The translations under genes were made by a program, and so were the position numbers. Below the pieces are notes generated by a model that saw only the letters and a list, made by a program, of their open reading frames with translations, had not been told where the DNA came from and made no database searches. Positions 9,257-21,446 of a DNA stretch of 64,000 nt are shown piece by piece. The first letter of the stretch is position 1. Each line of letters starts with the position of its first letter. Source of the DNA: Dehalococcoidia bacterium (GTDB lineage Bacteria; Chloroflexota; Dehalococcoidia; UBA2979); the NCBI GenBank assembly GCA_041690175.1, contig JAWLHV010000005.1:92494-156493 (forward strand), read 5' to 3'.

Positions 9257-9771
9257 GTGCGCGGCACGTAGGAGTAGGTGTGGTCGCCCAGCGTCACACC
9301 CAGCCAGAGGATGGCGACGGAGACGAGCAGCAGCAGCGCGGAGAAGCCGAAGGACTGGAGGCGGGCGTACTCCAGCGCCCCGGGATCCTCCTGCCCGGCG
9401 ATCACGGCGTCGGAAAGTCGAGTGATGCGACGGGAGAAGATCAGCGTGTGCGCCAGGATCAGCAGCAAGAGCACGGTGAACAGCGTCATCTTCACCACGA
9501 ACACGATGCCGAACCGGAAGTCCATCATGTTCTCCTGGATGGGCCCCGGCACGTACGTGTAGAACTGGTACAGCCCGGTCGCCAGCAGCACGAGCAGCGA
9601 CCCGCCGGCGAGCATGCCGAAGCGCCCGGCCACCACGCGCAGCACGTCCCGCTTCAGCCGCTCGTCGTCTATCAGCCAGGTGGCCGGCGTGACCGCCAGG
9701 AACATCACCACCTGCGGCCCCACCAGCACGGCAGCCGCCAGTACGTGCACCATGAGCGAGATGGTCTCCAC
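9253..9771 (-). CDS. integral membrane protein of unknown function (4-5 TM)
   Basis: 172 aa and strongly hydrophobic. The start overlaps the upstream purA stop region. Confidence 0.5.
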   Translation of the reverse strand: METISLMVHVLAAAVLVGPQVVMFLAVTPATWLIDDERLKRDVLRVVAGRFGMLAGGSLLVLLATGLYQFYTYVPGPIQENMMDFRFGIVFVVKMTLFTVLLLLILAHTLIFSRRITRLSDAVIAGQEDPGALEYARLQSFGFSALLLLVSVAILWLGVTLGDHTYSYVPRT

Positions 9772-9795
9772 GGACCTGCTCCTTCGGTTGCGCCG

Positions 9796-11163
<1,368 letters not shown>

Positions 11164-11207
11164 TCAGGTACGGTGGGAGGGCGGCCTCGCCGCGCGCTCC
11201 ACCTCTG

Positions 11208-11990
11208 GTGGGGCGCGAGGGCGCGGTGAAACATGCGCCGTCCCGACGGAGCATATCGAACCCCCACCCAACGAGGGAGTCCGGCTTGGTCCGATCCGTG
11301 GCAGTGCTCCTCGCGGCTGTGTTTGCCGGCGTGCTCGCGGTCGCCCTCGCCGGCTGTGCCTCCTCCGATCCGCCGCCGCGCAGCCCCTTCGGCGACGACG
11401 GCGCCACGCCGGCCGTCTCGCAGGGCACGCCGCGCCCCCTGCCCACGTTCCCCGCCCCCACCGTGGAGGTCACGCCCCCCGGCGGCGGGACGCCCTCGCT
11501 TGCCGACGAGGCCGAGCGCGAACGCGTGACCGCCGAGGCGATCAGCCGCCTGGCGGAGTGGACCGGTATCCCGGAGACAGAGATCCAGCCGGGCTCCGTG
11601 GAGGCGGTCGAGTGGCCCTCTGCCTGCCTGGGCGTTGATGCACCGGGCATCGCCTGCGCGGATGTGATCACGCCCGGCTACCGCATCACGCTGGGCATCC
11701 AGGGCGAGCCCCAGTACGTCCATGCCAGCCGCGAGGACCGCTACGCCTGGGCGCCCGCCTTCGACGCCGAGCGCGTCATCGAGTCCGTGGACCTCGCCGC
11801 GTCCACCGTCACCTTTGAGCCGCTGACCGGCTCGGATGAGATGGGCCGTGAGCACCGCGTGGCGCCGGGTTCCCAGTTGGACATTCCGCTCCGCGACCTC
11901 CAACCGGGCCAGTGGGTCCACGTCGCAACGACGTGCGAGGTCCCCAGCCTGGGGGCCACGTTCGTCGTCTGGCTCGTGCCGCTGGAGTAG
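11208..11990 (+). CDS. hypothetical lipoprotein
   Basis: Signal peptide with lipobox LAGC|ASS. The mature domain has no recognisable motif. The start is probably internal to the ORF. Confidence 0.5.
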   Translation: MGREGAVKHAPSRRSISNPHPTRESGLVRSVAVLLAAVFAGVLAVALAGCASSDPPPRSPFGDDGATPAVSQGTPRPLPTFPAPTVEVTPPGGGTPSLADEAERERVTAEAISRLAEWTGIPETEIQPGSVEAVEWPSACLGVDAPGIACADVITPGYRITLGIQGEPQYVHASREDRYAWAPAFDAERVIESVDLAASTVTFEPLTGSDEMGREHRVAPGSQLDIPLRDLQPGQWVHVATTCEVPSLGATFVVWLVPLE

Positions 11991-12151
11991 TCGCCTCGCT
12001 GCGCGCGTGTAGGGCGGGGCCGTCAGCGCCGAAAGTTCCCGCGTAGCACCGCGGAGAGGGCGCATGACAGGCGGATGCCTGTTTCGTCGCCCGCCGGTAG
12101 ACTCCGCAGTCGGAGCGCCCTCGCGTGAGGCGCGCACGTTCGGAGGTCACG

Positions 12152-12427
12152 ATGAAGCGACGGCTGAGCGCGATGGCGGCGGGCGTGACGGCGGCACTGG
12201 TGCCGGTGGTGACGTTCGCGCAGGAGCACGGCGGCGCGACCTTCGAGGCGCACAGTCGCGCCACGGATCCGGGCGCGGACTGGGGCGTGGTGATGTTCAT
12301 CACCGCAATCGCGACCGCCGGCCTGTTCCTCTTGGCGACCCTCGGCTACCTGTACCGCCGGGAGCGTGGCCTGGAGTGGCCCTTCCAGCGCCCGGACGCC
12401 CCGCACGGCGACCACGGAGCGCACTAG
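12152..12427 (+). CDS. small secreted/membrane-anchored His-rich protein
   Basis: The MKRRLSAMAAGVTAALVPVVTFA signal is followed by one TM helix and a C-terminal HGDHGAH tail. Confidence 0.4.
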   Translation: MKRRLSAMAAGVTAALVPVVTFAQEHGGATFEAHSRATDPGADWGVVMFITAIATAGLFLLATLGYLYRRERGLEWPFQRPDAPHGDHGAH

Positions 12428-12574
12428 CCCCCTCGAACGCTCGAGGCGCAGACACGATGACGGCGGCCGGAAGGCCGCCGTTCTCTATGTGGCTTGCTGG
12501 TGGTTCTCCTTCTCGTGGGGGCGCAGCGCCTCCGGTGCCACGTCTCGCCCCGGTGCCAGCGCATGCTTCCGGCG

Positions 12575-14800
12575 CTATCCCCCGTGCGGGAGCGAGGGCG
12601 CCTCGGCGCCGGCGTATAGGTAGCGGTACATCGCGTAGTTCGCCGTGACGTGCTCCAGGTAGGCGCGCGTCTCCGTGAAGTCCACCGCGTACACGTAGCC
12701 GTCCGGCCCGCCGAAGGGCTGCGCGTTGAGCCAGCGCGAGGCGTTCCCGGGGCCGCCGTTGTAGGCGGACAGGGCGGCCAGGTAGTGGCCTTCGAACTGC
12801 GAGAGTTGGACCGCCAGGTAGTACGCGCCGAAGCGCATGGAGACGGACGGACGCGCCAGGTCCGCGAACGTCCAGGAGGACATGCTCAGGTCGCGCGCGA
12901 TCGCCTCGCCCGTGGGGTAGATCACCTGGGTCAGGCCGAAGGCACCGGCGCTCGATCCCGCATCCGGGTTGAACGCGGACTCCTGCCGCACCAGCGCCAT
13001 CAGCAGCAGCACCGGCACGCCGAACTCCTCGGACGCCTCGGTAGCCTCGCGCAGGTAGGCCACCGGGTATGCCAGGCCCAGCAGCGATCGAGGCGCGAGC
13101 AGGTACTCCTGCGGGCCAAGGCCGCGGAGGACGGAGGTGGCGGCCGAGAGTGCGACGTCGTGGAGCCCTCGGCGCTGCGCCGCGACGGCCAGGTCCACCA
13201 GGTCGTAGGGCTGCTCGCGGCGCGTGACGATCACGTCCACCAGCAGGCCGCGCGCCACCGCCCCCTCCCCCGCGGAGGCCAGGCGCCAGGCCAGCCGCAC
13301 GTCCGGCGCTTCCAGCACGGAGGCGGCGACTGGCCGCGGGCCCACGCGGGCGGCCAGCCACCCGTCGATCGCCTCGCGGTCTACCTCGATGGGGACGGGC
13401 CGCTCCGCCAGCGAGGCCAGCGGCAGTGCCCCGATGGCGGCGTCGCCGGCCCGCTCGAAGGCGGAGACGTAGGACGTGGGATCCAGGGCGTGCGCGGAGA
13501 GGTCGCCGGCGGACGGCGCGCCGAATCGCGAGACCAGCACGTGGTGCCACCGCGCGGCCTCCGCCGCCGTCTCCGGGCTGCTGCTGGTGGCGATGGACGC
13601 GAGCCGGCTCGTGGCGCCCGCGCCGTCCCCACCCAGGCCGAGCGCTATCGCTGCGCGGAGGCGGGATTCCTCCGCGAAGCCGCTGCCGGGGTACACCTCC
13701 GCCAGCAGGTCGTATTCGCGCGCCGCGTCATGCGTGCGGCCCATCTCCTCCATCACACGGCCGCGCCAGTAGCGCGAGTCATCCGCCAGCGGGCCGTCCG
13801 GGGCGACCAGCAGGGAACGCGCGTAGGCGTCCAGCGCACCCTCGCGGTAGTAGAAGCGTTCCTGGAGGGCGCCCAGGTAGAACCACGCCTGTCCGGCCTC
13901 CACGGCGTCCAGCGAGCCGCCGTCCAGGAGCGCCCGGTAGCGGGCGTCGGCCGCGTCGTTCCGGCGCGCGCGGTACTCCACGTAGGCCGCGACCAGTTGC
14001 GGGTAGCCCTCCCCGGCGGCCTCCAGGCGGTCCAGCGCTTCCGCCGCGGCCGATGCCCCCGGCTGTGTCTCCATCGTCCGGACGGCCAGGCCCACCCAGG
14101 AGGGTTCGCCGAGGTCCTGGAGGATGCGTGCGCGCTCGGCATAGGACTGCGCCAGTTGGAAGGTGTTGCCGGTCACGGAGGGGACGCGCTCCAGCGCCGC
14201 CAGTGCCTCCCAGGGCTGGTCCGCCTCCTCCAGGGCGTCGGCGGCCTCGAAGAGCGCGACCAGGTGGGCGGAGGTGGGGAGCCGCTCGGCCGCGCCGCCG
14301 GGGGCCACGAGGTCCGCGAACGCGCCGGCAGCGGAGGCGGCGCCGTGTTCCCGGGCGGCCATCTGGGCGGCGCGCAGTCGAGCGAACGGCTCCAGTTCAT
14401 CCCCCGCGCTGGCGGCGGTCTCGAACAGCACGGCCGCGAGGCCGTACTGGCCGGCGTCCCGCGCCTGTACAGCGGCGCGGTAGGCGAAGGTCACGTCGCC
14501 GCCCTCCACCTGTGCGAGGGTCGCCGTGAACGCGAGCAGCACGTCAGGGAGGTGGATGCCGCGGGCTACCGCGACGGGTGTCTGGCTGGGCGTGACCGTG
14601 GGCGCCTCTGCATCACCGTTCCCGGGCCCGGGGCCGCCGGCGCCCGTGGAGCCCGGTGTGGCGACGCTGACCTGGATGCCCTCGATATCACCGGTGACCG
14701 CGTCTCCTGCGGTGCGACGGTCCAGCAGGACGACCGCCAGTACGACCGCCACCGCGACCGCAAGCCCCACTCCCACGCGCGCGATGAGGGTCTTCCGCAT
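12575..14800 (-). CDS. soluble lytic murein transglycosylase (SLT domain) with large N-terminal helical/TPR-like superhelix
   Basis: The C-terminus carries ES-GLTQ-AYNGG SLT catalytic motifs (ALVRQESAFNPDAGSSAGAFGLTQV...AYNGGPGNASRW). The N-terminus has a signal/TM. Confidence 0.8.
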   Translation of the reverse strand: MRKTLIARVGVGLAVAVAVVLAVVLLDRRTAGDAVTGDIEGIQVSVATPGSTGAGGPGPGNGDAEAPTVTPSQTPVAVARGIHLPDVLLAFTATLAQVEGGDVTFAYRAAVQARDAGQYGLAAVLFETAASAGDELEPFARLRAAQMAAREHGAASAAGAFADLVAPGGAAERLPTSAHLVALFEAADALEEADQPWEALAALERVPSVTGNTFQLAQSYAERARILQDLGEPSWVGLAVRTMETQPGASAAAEALDRLEAAGEGYPQLVAAYVEYRARRNDAADARYRALLDGGSLDAVEAGQAWFYLGALQERFYYREGALDAYARSLLVAPDGPLADDSRYWRGRVMEEMGRTHDAAREYDLLAEVYPGSGFAEESRLRAAIALGLGGDGAGATSRLASIATSSSPETAAEAARWHHVLVSRFGAPSAGDLSAHALDPTSYVSAFERAGDAAIGALPLASLAERPVPIEVDREAIDGWLAARVGPRPVAASVLEAPDVRLAWRLASAGEGAVARGLLVDVIVTRREQPYDLVDLAVAAQRRGLHDVALSAATSVLRGLGPQEYLLAPRSLLGLAYPVAYLREATEASEEFGVPVLLLMALVRQESAFNPDAGSSAGAFGLTQVIYPTGEAIARDLSMSSWTFADLARPSVSMRFGAYYLAVQLSQFEGHYLAALSAYNGGPGNASRWLNAQPFGGPDGYVYAVDFTETRAYLEHVTANYAMYRYLYAGAEAPSLPHGG

Positions 14801-14958
14801 GCGATCCCATCGTATCCGTCGTGGATGTCATAACGAGGGCATCGCCCTGCTCGTGCGGTGCGAGTGACGAACGCGACCGTGGGAGTTGTCCCCAGAGTCG
14901 CGCGAATCTGGCATCGTGGCAGGGCCGCGCGTCACCGTGGCATGCAGGAAGGACAGCG

Positions 14959-15954
14959 ATGGGCGGCCTGGATACCCTCCCTGACGCCCCCGAGGTGGCG
15001 CGCATCGTCATCGCCGCCACGGGCGAGTCGCCCGGCGACCTGCGCATCGTGGGCCAGGGCGTGACGGCCGTCGGGTGGCGCGCCGACACGGACGCCGGGC
15101 CGTACTGCGTGCTCGTCGCCGTCCCGCCGGAGACCTACCAGGACGAGTACGCCGGCGCGGACGCCCAGTTCGAGGCGCGCTCCGCCGTCCTCGCCGCCCT
15201 GCGCGAGCGCGACACGCGCTGCCCCGAGCCCATCGCCACCAACCGCTCGCCCGGCATTCCAGAGTCCCTCCGGCAGCGGCGCTGGATGGTCACCTCGTGG
15301 GTATCGGGGGAGCCGGCACAGACGCCCGTTGGCCCGGAGGTGGCCCACGACCTCGGTGAAGTGGTGGCGGCGCTGCACGCGCTGCCCGCCGAGGGCTACG
15401 GGATGCTGGAGGACACCGCGGAGGCGATCCGGGGACGGGAGTCCACGCCGGGCGCGGACTTCACCTCGCGCTGGGGGGTGGAACTCTGGCCGTACGACGG
15501 GCGCCCGCTGATGTCGCATCCGCTGGTGCAGGCCGCTCCGCACCTGGTGCCCGCCGTGGGCGGACTCCGCGAGCAACTCCTGTGGTACGCAGACGTCCCC
15601 GCGCGCGCCGTCTGCCACACGGACCTCAACGCCTCGCACATCATGGTGGAGGACGGACGCCTCTCCGGCCTGCTGGACTTCGGCGACTGCGCGATCGTCC
15701 CGCCCGCCTTCGACATCGCCTCGTTCGCGTTCTACGAGGGCTGGGCCACCACGGAGCACCTGCTCCAGGGCTACGCGAGCAACAGCGTGCTCCGCGACCT
15801 CCGTCGCGCGGAGGCGTACCACCTGGGGGTGGTGCTGGCGCTGCAGAAGGTCCACAAGCACACGAAGCGCCGCCCGGACGAGCAGCGCCTGCGGCACGCC
15901 GTGGCGTTCCTGGAGGCCACGCTGCCCCTCGCTTCGCGGCGGACGGACGCGTGA
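14959..15954 (+). CDS. aminoglycoside phosphotransferase (APH) family protein
   Basis: Has the HTDLNASHIMV catalytic loop and the LLDFGDCAI Mg-binding DFG motif. The start is chosen at the ATG after AGGAAGGA. Confidence 0.75.
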   Translation: MGGLDTLPDAPEVARIVIAATGESPGDLRIVGQGVTAVGWRADTDAGPYCVLVAVPPETYQDEYAGADAQFEARSAVLAALRERDTRCPEPIATNRSPGIPESLRQRRWMVTSWVSGEPAQTPVGPEVAHDLGEVVAALHALPAEGYGMLEDTAEAIRGRESTPGADFTSRWGVELWPYDGRPLMSHPLVQAAPHLVPAVGGLREQLLWYADVPARAVCHTDLNASHIMVEDGRLSGLLDFGDCAIVPPAFDIASFAFYEGWATTEHLLQGYASNSVLRDLRRAEAYHLGVVLALQKVHKHTKRRPDEQRLRHAVAFLEATLPLASRRTDA

Positions 15955-15988
15955 GCCGCCAGCGGGCCATGCGCCTACACTCCGCGCC

Positions 15989-16708
15989 ATGCCACACGTA
16001 GACCTGCCATCCGGCATCCGCATCCGCTACGACGAGCGCGGCCCCGCCGGCGCGCGCCCGCTGGTGCTGGCGCATGGCTTCACCGTGAGCCTGGAGATGT
16101 GGTTCCCGCAGATGCACGTCCTATCCCAGGACTGTCGCCTGATCACCTGGGACGCCCGCGGCCACGGCGGCTCCTCCGCCCCCTACGAGGTGCAGACCTA
16201 CACCATGCCCGCACTGGCGGAGGACCTCCGCGGCCTGCTCCGGGCGCTGGACGCCGTGGACGGCGCGGTCATCGGCGGGATGTCCTTCGGCGGGATGATC
16301 GCCACGCAGTACGCCGTGGACTACCCGGACGGCATCCACGCGCTGATCCTGAGCGACACCACCACGCGAGGCTCAGCCATCCCGCCGCAGTCCACGGAGA
16401 TGCCGGAGTGGGCCGGCGACCCCGGCATGGAGGGCTGCCGCTTCGCGATGCAGACGCGGCCGGACCTGACTGACGCGCTGAAGGACGTGGACATCCCGGC
16501 GCTGGTGATCGTCGGCACGCATGACGGCATGATCCTTCCGGGCCTGCAGCGCCTGGAGGCGAGCCTGCCCCGGCGGCGCGTGGTGCGGCTGGACGGGTGC
16601 GGACACGGCACCAGCAGCCAGCGGCCCCGCGACTGGGGCGAGGAGGTGCTGCGCTTCCTTCGGGACGTGGACGCCGGCTCGCCGCTGGGCGAGGACGAGA
16701 TTCGGTAG
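15989..16708 (+). CDS. alpha/beta-fold hydrolase
   Basis: HGF oxyanion region (LVLAHGF) and GxSxG nucleophile elbow (IGGMSFGGM). A C-terminal His is present. Confidence 0.8.
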   Translation: MPHVDLPSGIRIRYDERGPAGARPLVLAHGFTVSLEMWFPQMHVLSQDCRLITWDARGHGGSSAPYEVQTYTMPALAEDLRGLLRALDAVDGAVIGGMSFGGMIATQYAVDYPDGIHALILSDTTTRGSAIPPQSTEMPEWAGDPGMEGCRFAMQTRPDLTDALKDVDIPALVIVGTHDGMILPGLQRLEASLPRRRVVRLDGCGHGTSSQRPRDWGEEVLRFLRDVDAGSPLGEDEIR

Positions 16709-16747
16709 CAGGGTTCGACAGCAGGAGACAGCCAGGGGGAGGCGAGC

Positions 16748-17647
16748 ATGCTCGCACTGCGCAGCACGCTGGTGATCGACGCACTGGACCAGGCGGCGCT
16801 GAAGCGCGCCGCCAGCAGCGCTGCGGACGCGGTGCTGATCGACCTCGCGCACCCCTCGCTGCACGGGCAGCGCGAGGAGGCGCGGGCGCTGGCCGCGCGC
16901 CACGCGCGCGCGATCGCGAAGGCCGGCCGGCCGGTGCTGGTCCGCGTGTCCGACATGCTCTCCGGCGAGATGGAGGCCGACATCGCCGCCGTGGTCTCGC
17001 CCGCCCTCGCGGGTGTCGTGCTCTCCGGCGTGGAGGAGCCGCAGGACGCCCGGGACGGTGACGTGCTGGTCCGGAAGTACGAGATGCGCGGCAAGTTGGT
17101 GCCGGGTGAGATCGACCTCGTCCCGGAGATCGATTCCGCGGAGGGGCTGGTCGCCCTCTACAAGATCCTGGTCTCGGTGGACCGGCTGCGGGCGATCTCC
17201 CTCAGCATCGACGGCCTGCGGAACGACCTGCGGTTGGGCGGTGGCGCCACGGCGCTGTACGAGCATGCGATGGCGGAGGTGGCGATTGCCGCGGACGCCG
17301 CGCGCATGCCCTGGATCGTCCACGTCACGCACCACCGTCCCGGCGTGGAGCGCATCCCCACCCGCGCCCAGGAGTTCGGTGCCGCCGGCGTGACCGTGCA
17401 CAACGAGGGCGAAGCGCGCGGGATGAACTCGCTCTTCACGCCGGACCCCTCGGAAGTCGCCATTGCCCGCGCGATGGTGGCGGAGTGGGAGCGCGTGCGG
17501 AAGCGCGGCGGCCGCGTGGGCGTGGTGGCCGGCGAGGTCACCGAGGCCCCCGGCTACGACCGCCTGGTGGACCGCCGCACCGTCCGTCGCGCCCGTGCCC
17601 TGCTGGACCTAGCCGAGGCGATCGCCCGGCGCGAAGCAGCGGAGTAG
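16748..17647 (+). CDS. HpcH/HpaI aldolase-citrate lyase beta (CitE)-like protein
   Basis: TIM-barrel CitE-like architecture (VIDALDQAALKRAASSAADAVLIDLAHP...RVSD...). The fold assignment is moderate. Confidence 0.55.
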   Translation: MLALRSTLVIDALDQAALKRAASSAADAVLIDLAHPSLHGQREEARALAARHARAIAKAGRPVLVRVSDMLSGEMEADIAAVVSPALAGVVLSGVEEPQDARDGDVLVRKYEMRGKLVPGEIDLVPEIDSAEGLVALYKILVSVDRLRAISLSIDGLRNDLRLGGGATALYEHAMAEVAIAADAARMPWIVHVTHHRPGVERIPTRAQEFGAAGVTVHNEGEARGMNSLFTPDPSEVAIARAMVAEWERVRKRGGRVGVVAGEVTEAPGYDRLVDRRTVRRARALLDLAEAIARREAAE

Positions 17648-17655
17648 GCCTCGCT

Positions 17656-18513
17656 GTGCCCTCCGCCAACGAGTTCGTGAACCTCACCGAATTGCACGCG
17701 CTGGCGATGGACATCGCGCGGGAGGCGGGGGTGATCCAGGTCTCCCGGCTGCACCTGGAGCAGGTGGTGGACTCCAAGAGCACGCCCACGGACGCCGTGA
17801 CGGAGGTGGACCGCGCCTGCGAGGAACTGATCGTGCGCCGCATCCTGGCGGTGCGACCGGACGACTCGATCCTGGGCGAGGAGGGCGCCAGCCGGCAGGG
17901 CACGTCCGCCGTGCGCTGGGTGATCGATCCACTGGACGGCACCGTGAACTACGTCTACCGACGCGGCGCCTTCGCGGTCTCGATCGGCATCGAGGTCGCG
18001 GGCGTGCCATCGGTGGGCGTGGTGCACGACCCGTCCCTCGACGAGACGTTCTCCGCGATCCGCAGCGCTCGGGCCGGCGCTGACCTGCCGGAGGAAGTGC
18101 GGGAGCAGGCGCGCGAGGCCTCCGGCGCCTGGCTGAACGGCCAGCGCATCCGAGTGAACGAGGTCACGGACCTGGGGCGCTCGCTGGTAGGGACGGGCTT
18201 CGGCTACGACCCGGAGGTGCGCCGCCTGCAGGGGGCGATGCTGGCGCAGATCATCCCGGAGGTCCGGGACATCCGGCGCGCCGGCTCGGCCGCGCTCGAC
18301 CTTTGCGCCGTCGCCTGCGGGCGGCTGGATGCCTACTTCGAGCGCGGCCTGCAGGCATGGGACTCCGCCGCCGCTGCGCTGATCGTGGAGGAGGCGGGCG
18401 GCATCGCGGAGCGGCTGGACGTCCCGGAAGTGCCGAAGGGCACCTGGGTGGCCGCCGGGCCGGGGGTCTTCTCGGCGCTCCGCGCGCTGGTGGTGCGCGC
18501 CTCGAACCCGTAG
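17656..18513 (+). CDS. inositol monophosphatase family protein (SuhB/ImpA-like)
   Basis: WVIDPLDGTVNYV metal-binding motif and the downstream WDSAAAALIVEEAGG motif. Confidence 0.85.
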   Translation: MPSANEFVNLTELHALAMDIAREAGVIQVSRLHLEQVVDSKSTPTDAVTEVDRACEELIVRRILAVRPDDSILGEEGASRQGTSAVRWVIDPLDGTVNYVYRRGAFAVSIGIEVAGVPSVGVVHDPSLDETFSAIRSARAGADLPEEVREQAREASGAWLNGQRIRVNEVTDLGRSLVGTGFGYDPEVRRLQGAMLAQIIPEVRDIRRAGSAALDLCAVACGRLDAYFERGLQAWDSAAAALIVEEAGGIAERLDVPEVPKGTWVAAGPGVFSALRALVVRASNP

Positions 18514-18528
18514 GCAACCCCGGCTGGA

Positions 18529-19695
18529 CTAGTAGCGCGTCCAGGACAGCGCCTCCAGGCGGTCGTAGGCCAGGTTCCAGGGCGGGCGCAGGAAGCCCAG
18601 GGCACGCACGTCCTCTGCCCAGAAGCCAAACGGCAGCCCTCGCGAGAACGAACTGCCGCCCACCACGCGGCTGAGCCGGCGGCAGATGCTCTCCGCCAGG
18701 TCACAGCCCAGTTGCTTGCCGGCCAGCATGCTGAAGGCGCGGTCCTGGCCGGACTCCACCGCGCGCAGTGCGCCCTCGTACGCCTGGTGCAGCAGCCAGA
18801 CATCCGCGTTGACCTGCGTCCACTCCGCGCGGGCGTAGGCGTTCATCGAGTCCTTGCGTGGCGCCAGCCGCTCGTGCGCCGTCTCCATGGCGATATCCAC
18901 GATGCCCACGATCACGGCAATCCAGAGCACCGCCGCGATGCTCTGCGCCTCCGCCACCACGTCCCCGGGCAGGGCCTGGCGGATCGCCGGGAAGTCCTCG
19001 AACTCCAACGCGTGGCTCTGCGTGGCGGTCATGCCGTGGCCGTCCCATGGCGCGGTGATGCGGACGCCGTCGCTGCCGTCCCACGCGACACCTCGCAGGT
19101 CCACCTCGAAGGCGGAGTGCGTGTCGTCGCCCTCCACGCGGCCGGTGGTGGACATGAAGGAACAGATGCCGGTGCCGCTGGCGAAGTGCTTGCGCCCGCT
19201 GATGCGGTACTCGCCCTCCGGCGTCACGCGCACCTCCGCCTTCGTCAGCCGCGTGTCTCCGCCGGAGCCCGGCTCGGAGGTGCAGGTTCCCCAGAAATGC
19301 CCCTCGATGGAGTGCTGGAAGCGCCAGTCCCGCTGGGCGGTCCAGGCCTCCGTGTACGGGGGTGGCGCCTCCTGCACCGGCAGCCAGCGTCCCGAGACGG
19401 CGGTCGCCGGGTGCATGGAGGCGACGAGCGCGACGGAGGAGTCAGCGCGCGCCAGCGTGCGGAGCATCTCGCAGACGGCGCGGGTGGAGCGCTCGGCATC
19501 CTGCCAGAGGCCGCCGTGACTCACGGGCACGCCGGTCAGGAGGAAGCCCGCCTGGTGCAGTTCGTCGAAGTCGGCGCGCACCAGTTCCCGGCGCCGCTGG
19601 CGCTCTGCGCGCTCGCCGGACCAACTGTCGGCCAGCGCCCTGAGCCGACCGTGAACCTCGTCTACCGTGAGGTCGCGCACCTGGGTGGTGGTCAT
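18529..19695 (-). CDS. acyl-CoA dehydrogenase family protein
   Basis: ACAD-like three-domain layout. The start is taken at MTTTQVRDL (ATG 19695). Confidence 0.6.
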   Translation of the reverse strand: MTTTQVRDLTVDEVHGRLRALADSWSGERAERQRRRELVRADFDELHQAGFLLTGVPVSHGGLWQDAERSTRAVCEMLRTLARADSSVALVASMHPATAVSGRWLPVQEAPPPYTEAWTAQRDWRFQHSIEGHFWGTCTSEPGSGGDTRLTKAEVRVTPEGEYRISGRKHFASGTGICSFMSTTGRVEGDDTHSAFEVDLRGVAWDGSDGVRITAPWDGHGMTATQSHALEFEDFPAIRQALPGDVVAEAQSIAAVLWIAVIVGIVDIAMETAHERLAPRKDSMNAYARAEWTQVNADVWLLHQAYEGALRAVESGQDRAFSMLAGKQLGCDLAESICRRLSRVVGGSSFSRGLPFGFWAEDVRALGFLRPPWNLAYDRLEALSWTRY

Positions 19696-19839
19696 GGCGG
19701 ATCCCCGTCCTAGCCGGCCGCAGCCGTGCGCGCGCCATAGTACGGCGCGGGACGTGGGACCGGAGCGGGATCCGCCCCGGCACAATGTGGACAGAGAAGA
19801 CCTCCGCGTACTTGTCGAAGTGGCGAAGATTCGACTAGC

Positions 19840-21381
19840 ATGGAGTCAGCCCACGGTCGGTGGGCACCCCCAATGGTTCCAGTGCACCCTCTCAGTCGCA
19901 CGGGATCCCCGTATTCAGATCAGGCCTTGCCCATGACTACATCGTCGCGCGGACGCGATCTCGCGTCTTCGGATGTCCCCCGGACTCGCCGCCGTTCGCG
20001 GCGCGGTGGTGGCGGGACAGGAGGAGGGACTGGCGGCGGTGGAGGTGGCGGCCGCGGGCGCGCGCCCCAGGCAGACCCTTCGCTGGAGCCGATGCCCGAG
20101 ATCGATCCCGATGTCCCTGTACTGGACATTGCGGAACTCGAGACACGGTCCCGAGACGACCTGATCACCCTGGCGGAAGGCGAGTTCAACCTCGAAGCCG
20201 TCGCCGGGATGCCCAAGCCGGAACTGATCTTCCGCATCCTGGAGGCCCAGGCGGAGCGCCGGGGCACCATCTTCTCCGGCGGCGTGCTCACGATCGTGGA
20301 CGACGGCTTCGGTTTCCTCCGCGGCGAGCGTCTACTCCCCGGCCCCAATGACGTCTACGTCTCCCAGTCCCAGATCCGCCGCTTCGGCCTGCGCTCCGGC
20401 GACTACGTCACCGGCCAGGTCCGCCAGCCCAAGTCCTCGGAGAAGTACTACGGCCTGCTGCGCGTGGACGCGATCAACGGGATGGACCCGGAGGACGCCA
20501 AGCGCCGGCCGGACTTCGACGCGCTGACCCCGATCTTCCCGAACAAGATGCTGCGCCTGGAGACGGGCCAGCACGAACTCTCCCAGCGCGTGGTGGACCT
20601 CTTTGCTCCCATTGGCCGCGGCCAGCGCGGCCTGATCGTCTCGCCGCCCAAGGCCGGCAAGACCATGCTGCTGAAGTCCATCGCCCACGGCATCACCGGC
20701 AACTGGCCGGACTGTCACCTGATGGTGCTGCTCATCGGCGAGCGCCCGGAGGAAGTGACGGACATGCGTCGCTCCGTGCGGGGTGAGGTCATCGCCTCCA
20801 CGTTTGACGAGCCGGTGGAGGACCACACCCGCGTCACCGAAGTCGCCATCGAGCGCGCCAAGCGCCTGGTGGAGGGCGGCGTGGACGTGGTGATCCTGAT
20901 GGACTCCATCACCCGCCTGGCCCGCGCCTACAACACCGCCATGCCCACTTCCGGACGCACGCTGTCCGGCGGTATGGACCCCATTGCCCTCTACCCGCCC
21001 AAGCGCTTCTTCGGCGCCGCCCGCAACACTGAAGAGGGCGGCAGCCTCACCATCATCGCGACCTGTCTCGTGGAGACGGGCTCGCGGATGGACGAGGTGA
21101 TCTTCGAGGAGTTCAAGGGCACCGGGAACATGGAACTGCGCCTCTCCCGCCGCCTGGCGGAAAAGCGCGTCTACCCGGCCATCGATGTCCTGGGCTCTTC
21201 CACCCGCCGCGAGGACCTGCTCTTCGGCGAGGATGAGTTGCGCCAGATCTGGCTGCTCCGCCGCATGGCTTCCATGCTGGAAGAGGACAGCGGCGACGCG
21301 ACGGACCGTATCCTGGAGCGGATGACCAAGACCAAGAGCAACCAGGAGTTCCTGGCCACGCTCAAGACGGACGTCATCTAG
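19840..21381 (+). CDS. rho: transcription termination factor Rho with Arg/Gly-rich N-terminal extension
   Basis: Walker [16 protein letters not shown] plus the RNA-binding OB and Q/R loops. An N-terminal [25 protein letters not shown] insertion is present. The start could alternatively be Met at 19933. Confidence 0.9.
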   Translation: MESAHGRWAPPMVPVHPLSRTGSPYSDQALPMTTSSRGRDLASSDVPRTRRRSRRGGGGTGGGTGGGGGGGRGRAPQADPSLEPMPEIDPDVPVLDIAELETRSRDDLITLAEGEFNLEAVAGMPKPELIFRILEAQAERRGTIFSGGVLTIVDDGFGFLRGERLLPGPNDVYVSQSQIRRFGLRSGDYVTGQVRQPKSSEKYYGLLRVDAINGMDPEDAKRRPDFDALTPIFPNKMLRLETGQHELSQRVVDLFAPIGRGQRGLIVSPPKAGKTMLLKSIAHGITGNWPDCHLMVLLIGERPEEVTDMRRSVRGEVIASTFDEPVEDHTRVTEVAIERAKRLVEGGVDVVILMDSITRLARAYNTAMPTSGRTLSGGMDPIALYPPKRFFGAARNTEEGGSLTIIATCLVETGSRMDEVIFEEFKGTGNMELRLSRRLAEKRVYPAIDVLGSSTRREDLLFGEDELRQIWLLRRMASMLEEDSGDATDRILERMTKTKSNQEFLATLKTDVI

Positions 21382-21422
21382 GCCGAAGATCCCCATGGAA
21401 CGGCCACCCCTGGGACGGGGTT

Positions 21423-21446
21423 GAAGGCGCCTTCCGGGGCGCCTTC
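21423..21446 (+). terminator. hairpin downstream of rho
   Basis: GAAGGCGCC-ttccgg-GGCGCCTTC forms a perfect 9-bp stem followed by TTGTC. Confidence 0.5.

Noticed and set aside
12300-14833. 416-aa and 727-aa ORFs overlapping the lytic transglycosylase gene
   Set aside because: Frames with no motifs. The SLT domain is in the 12575-14800 minus frame.
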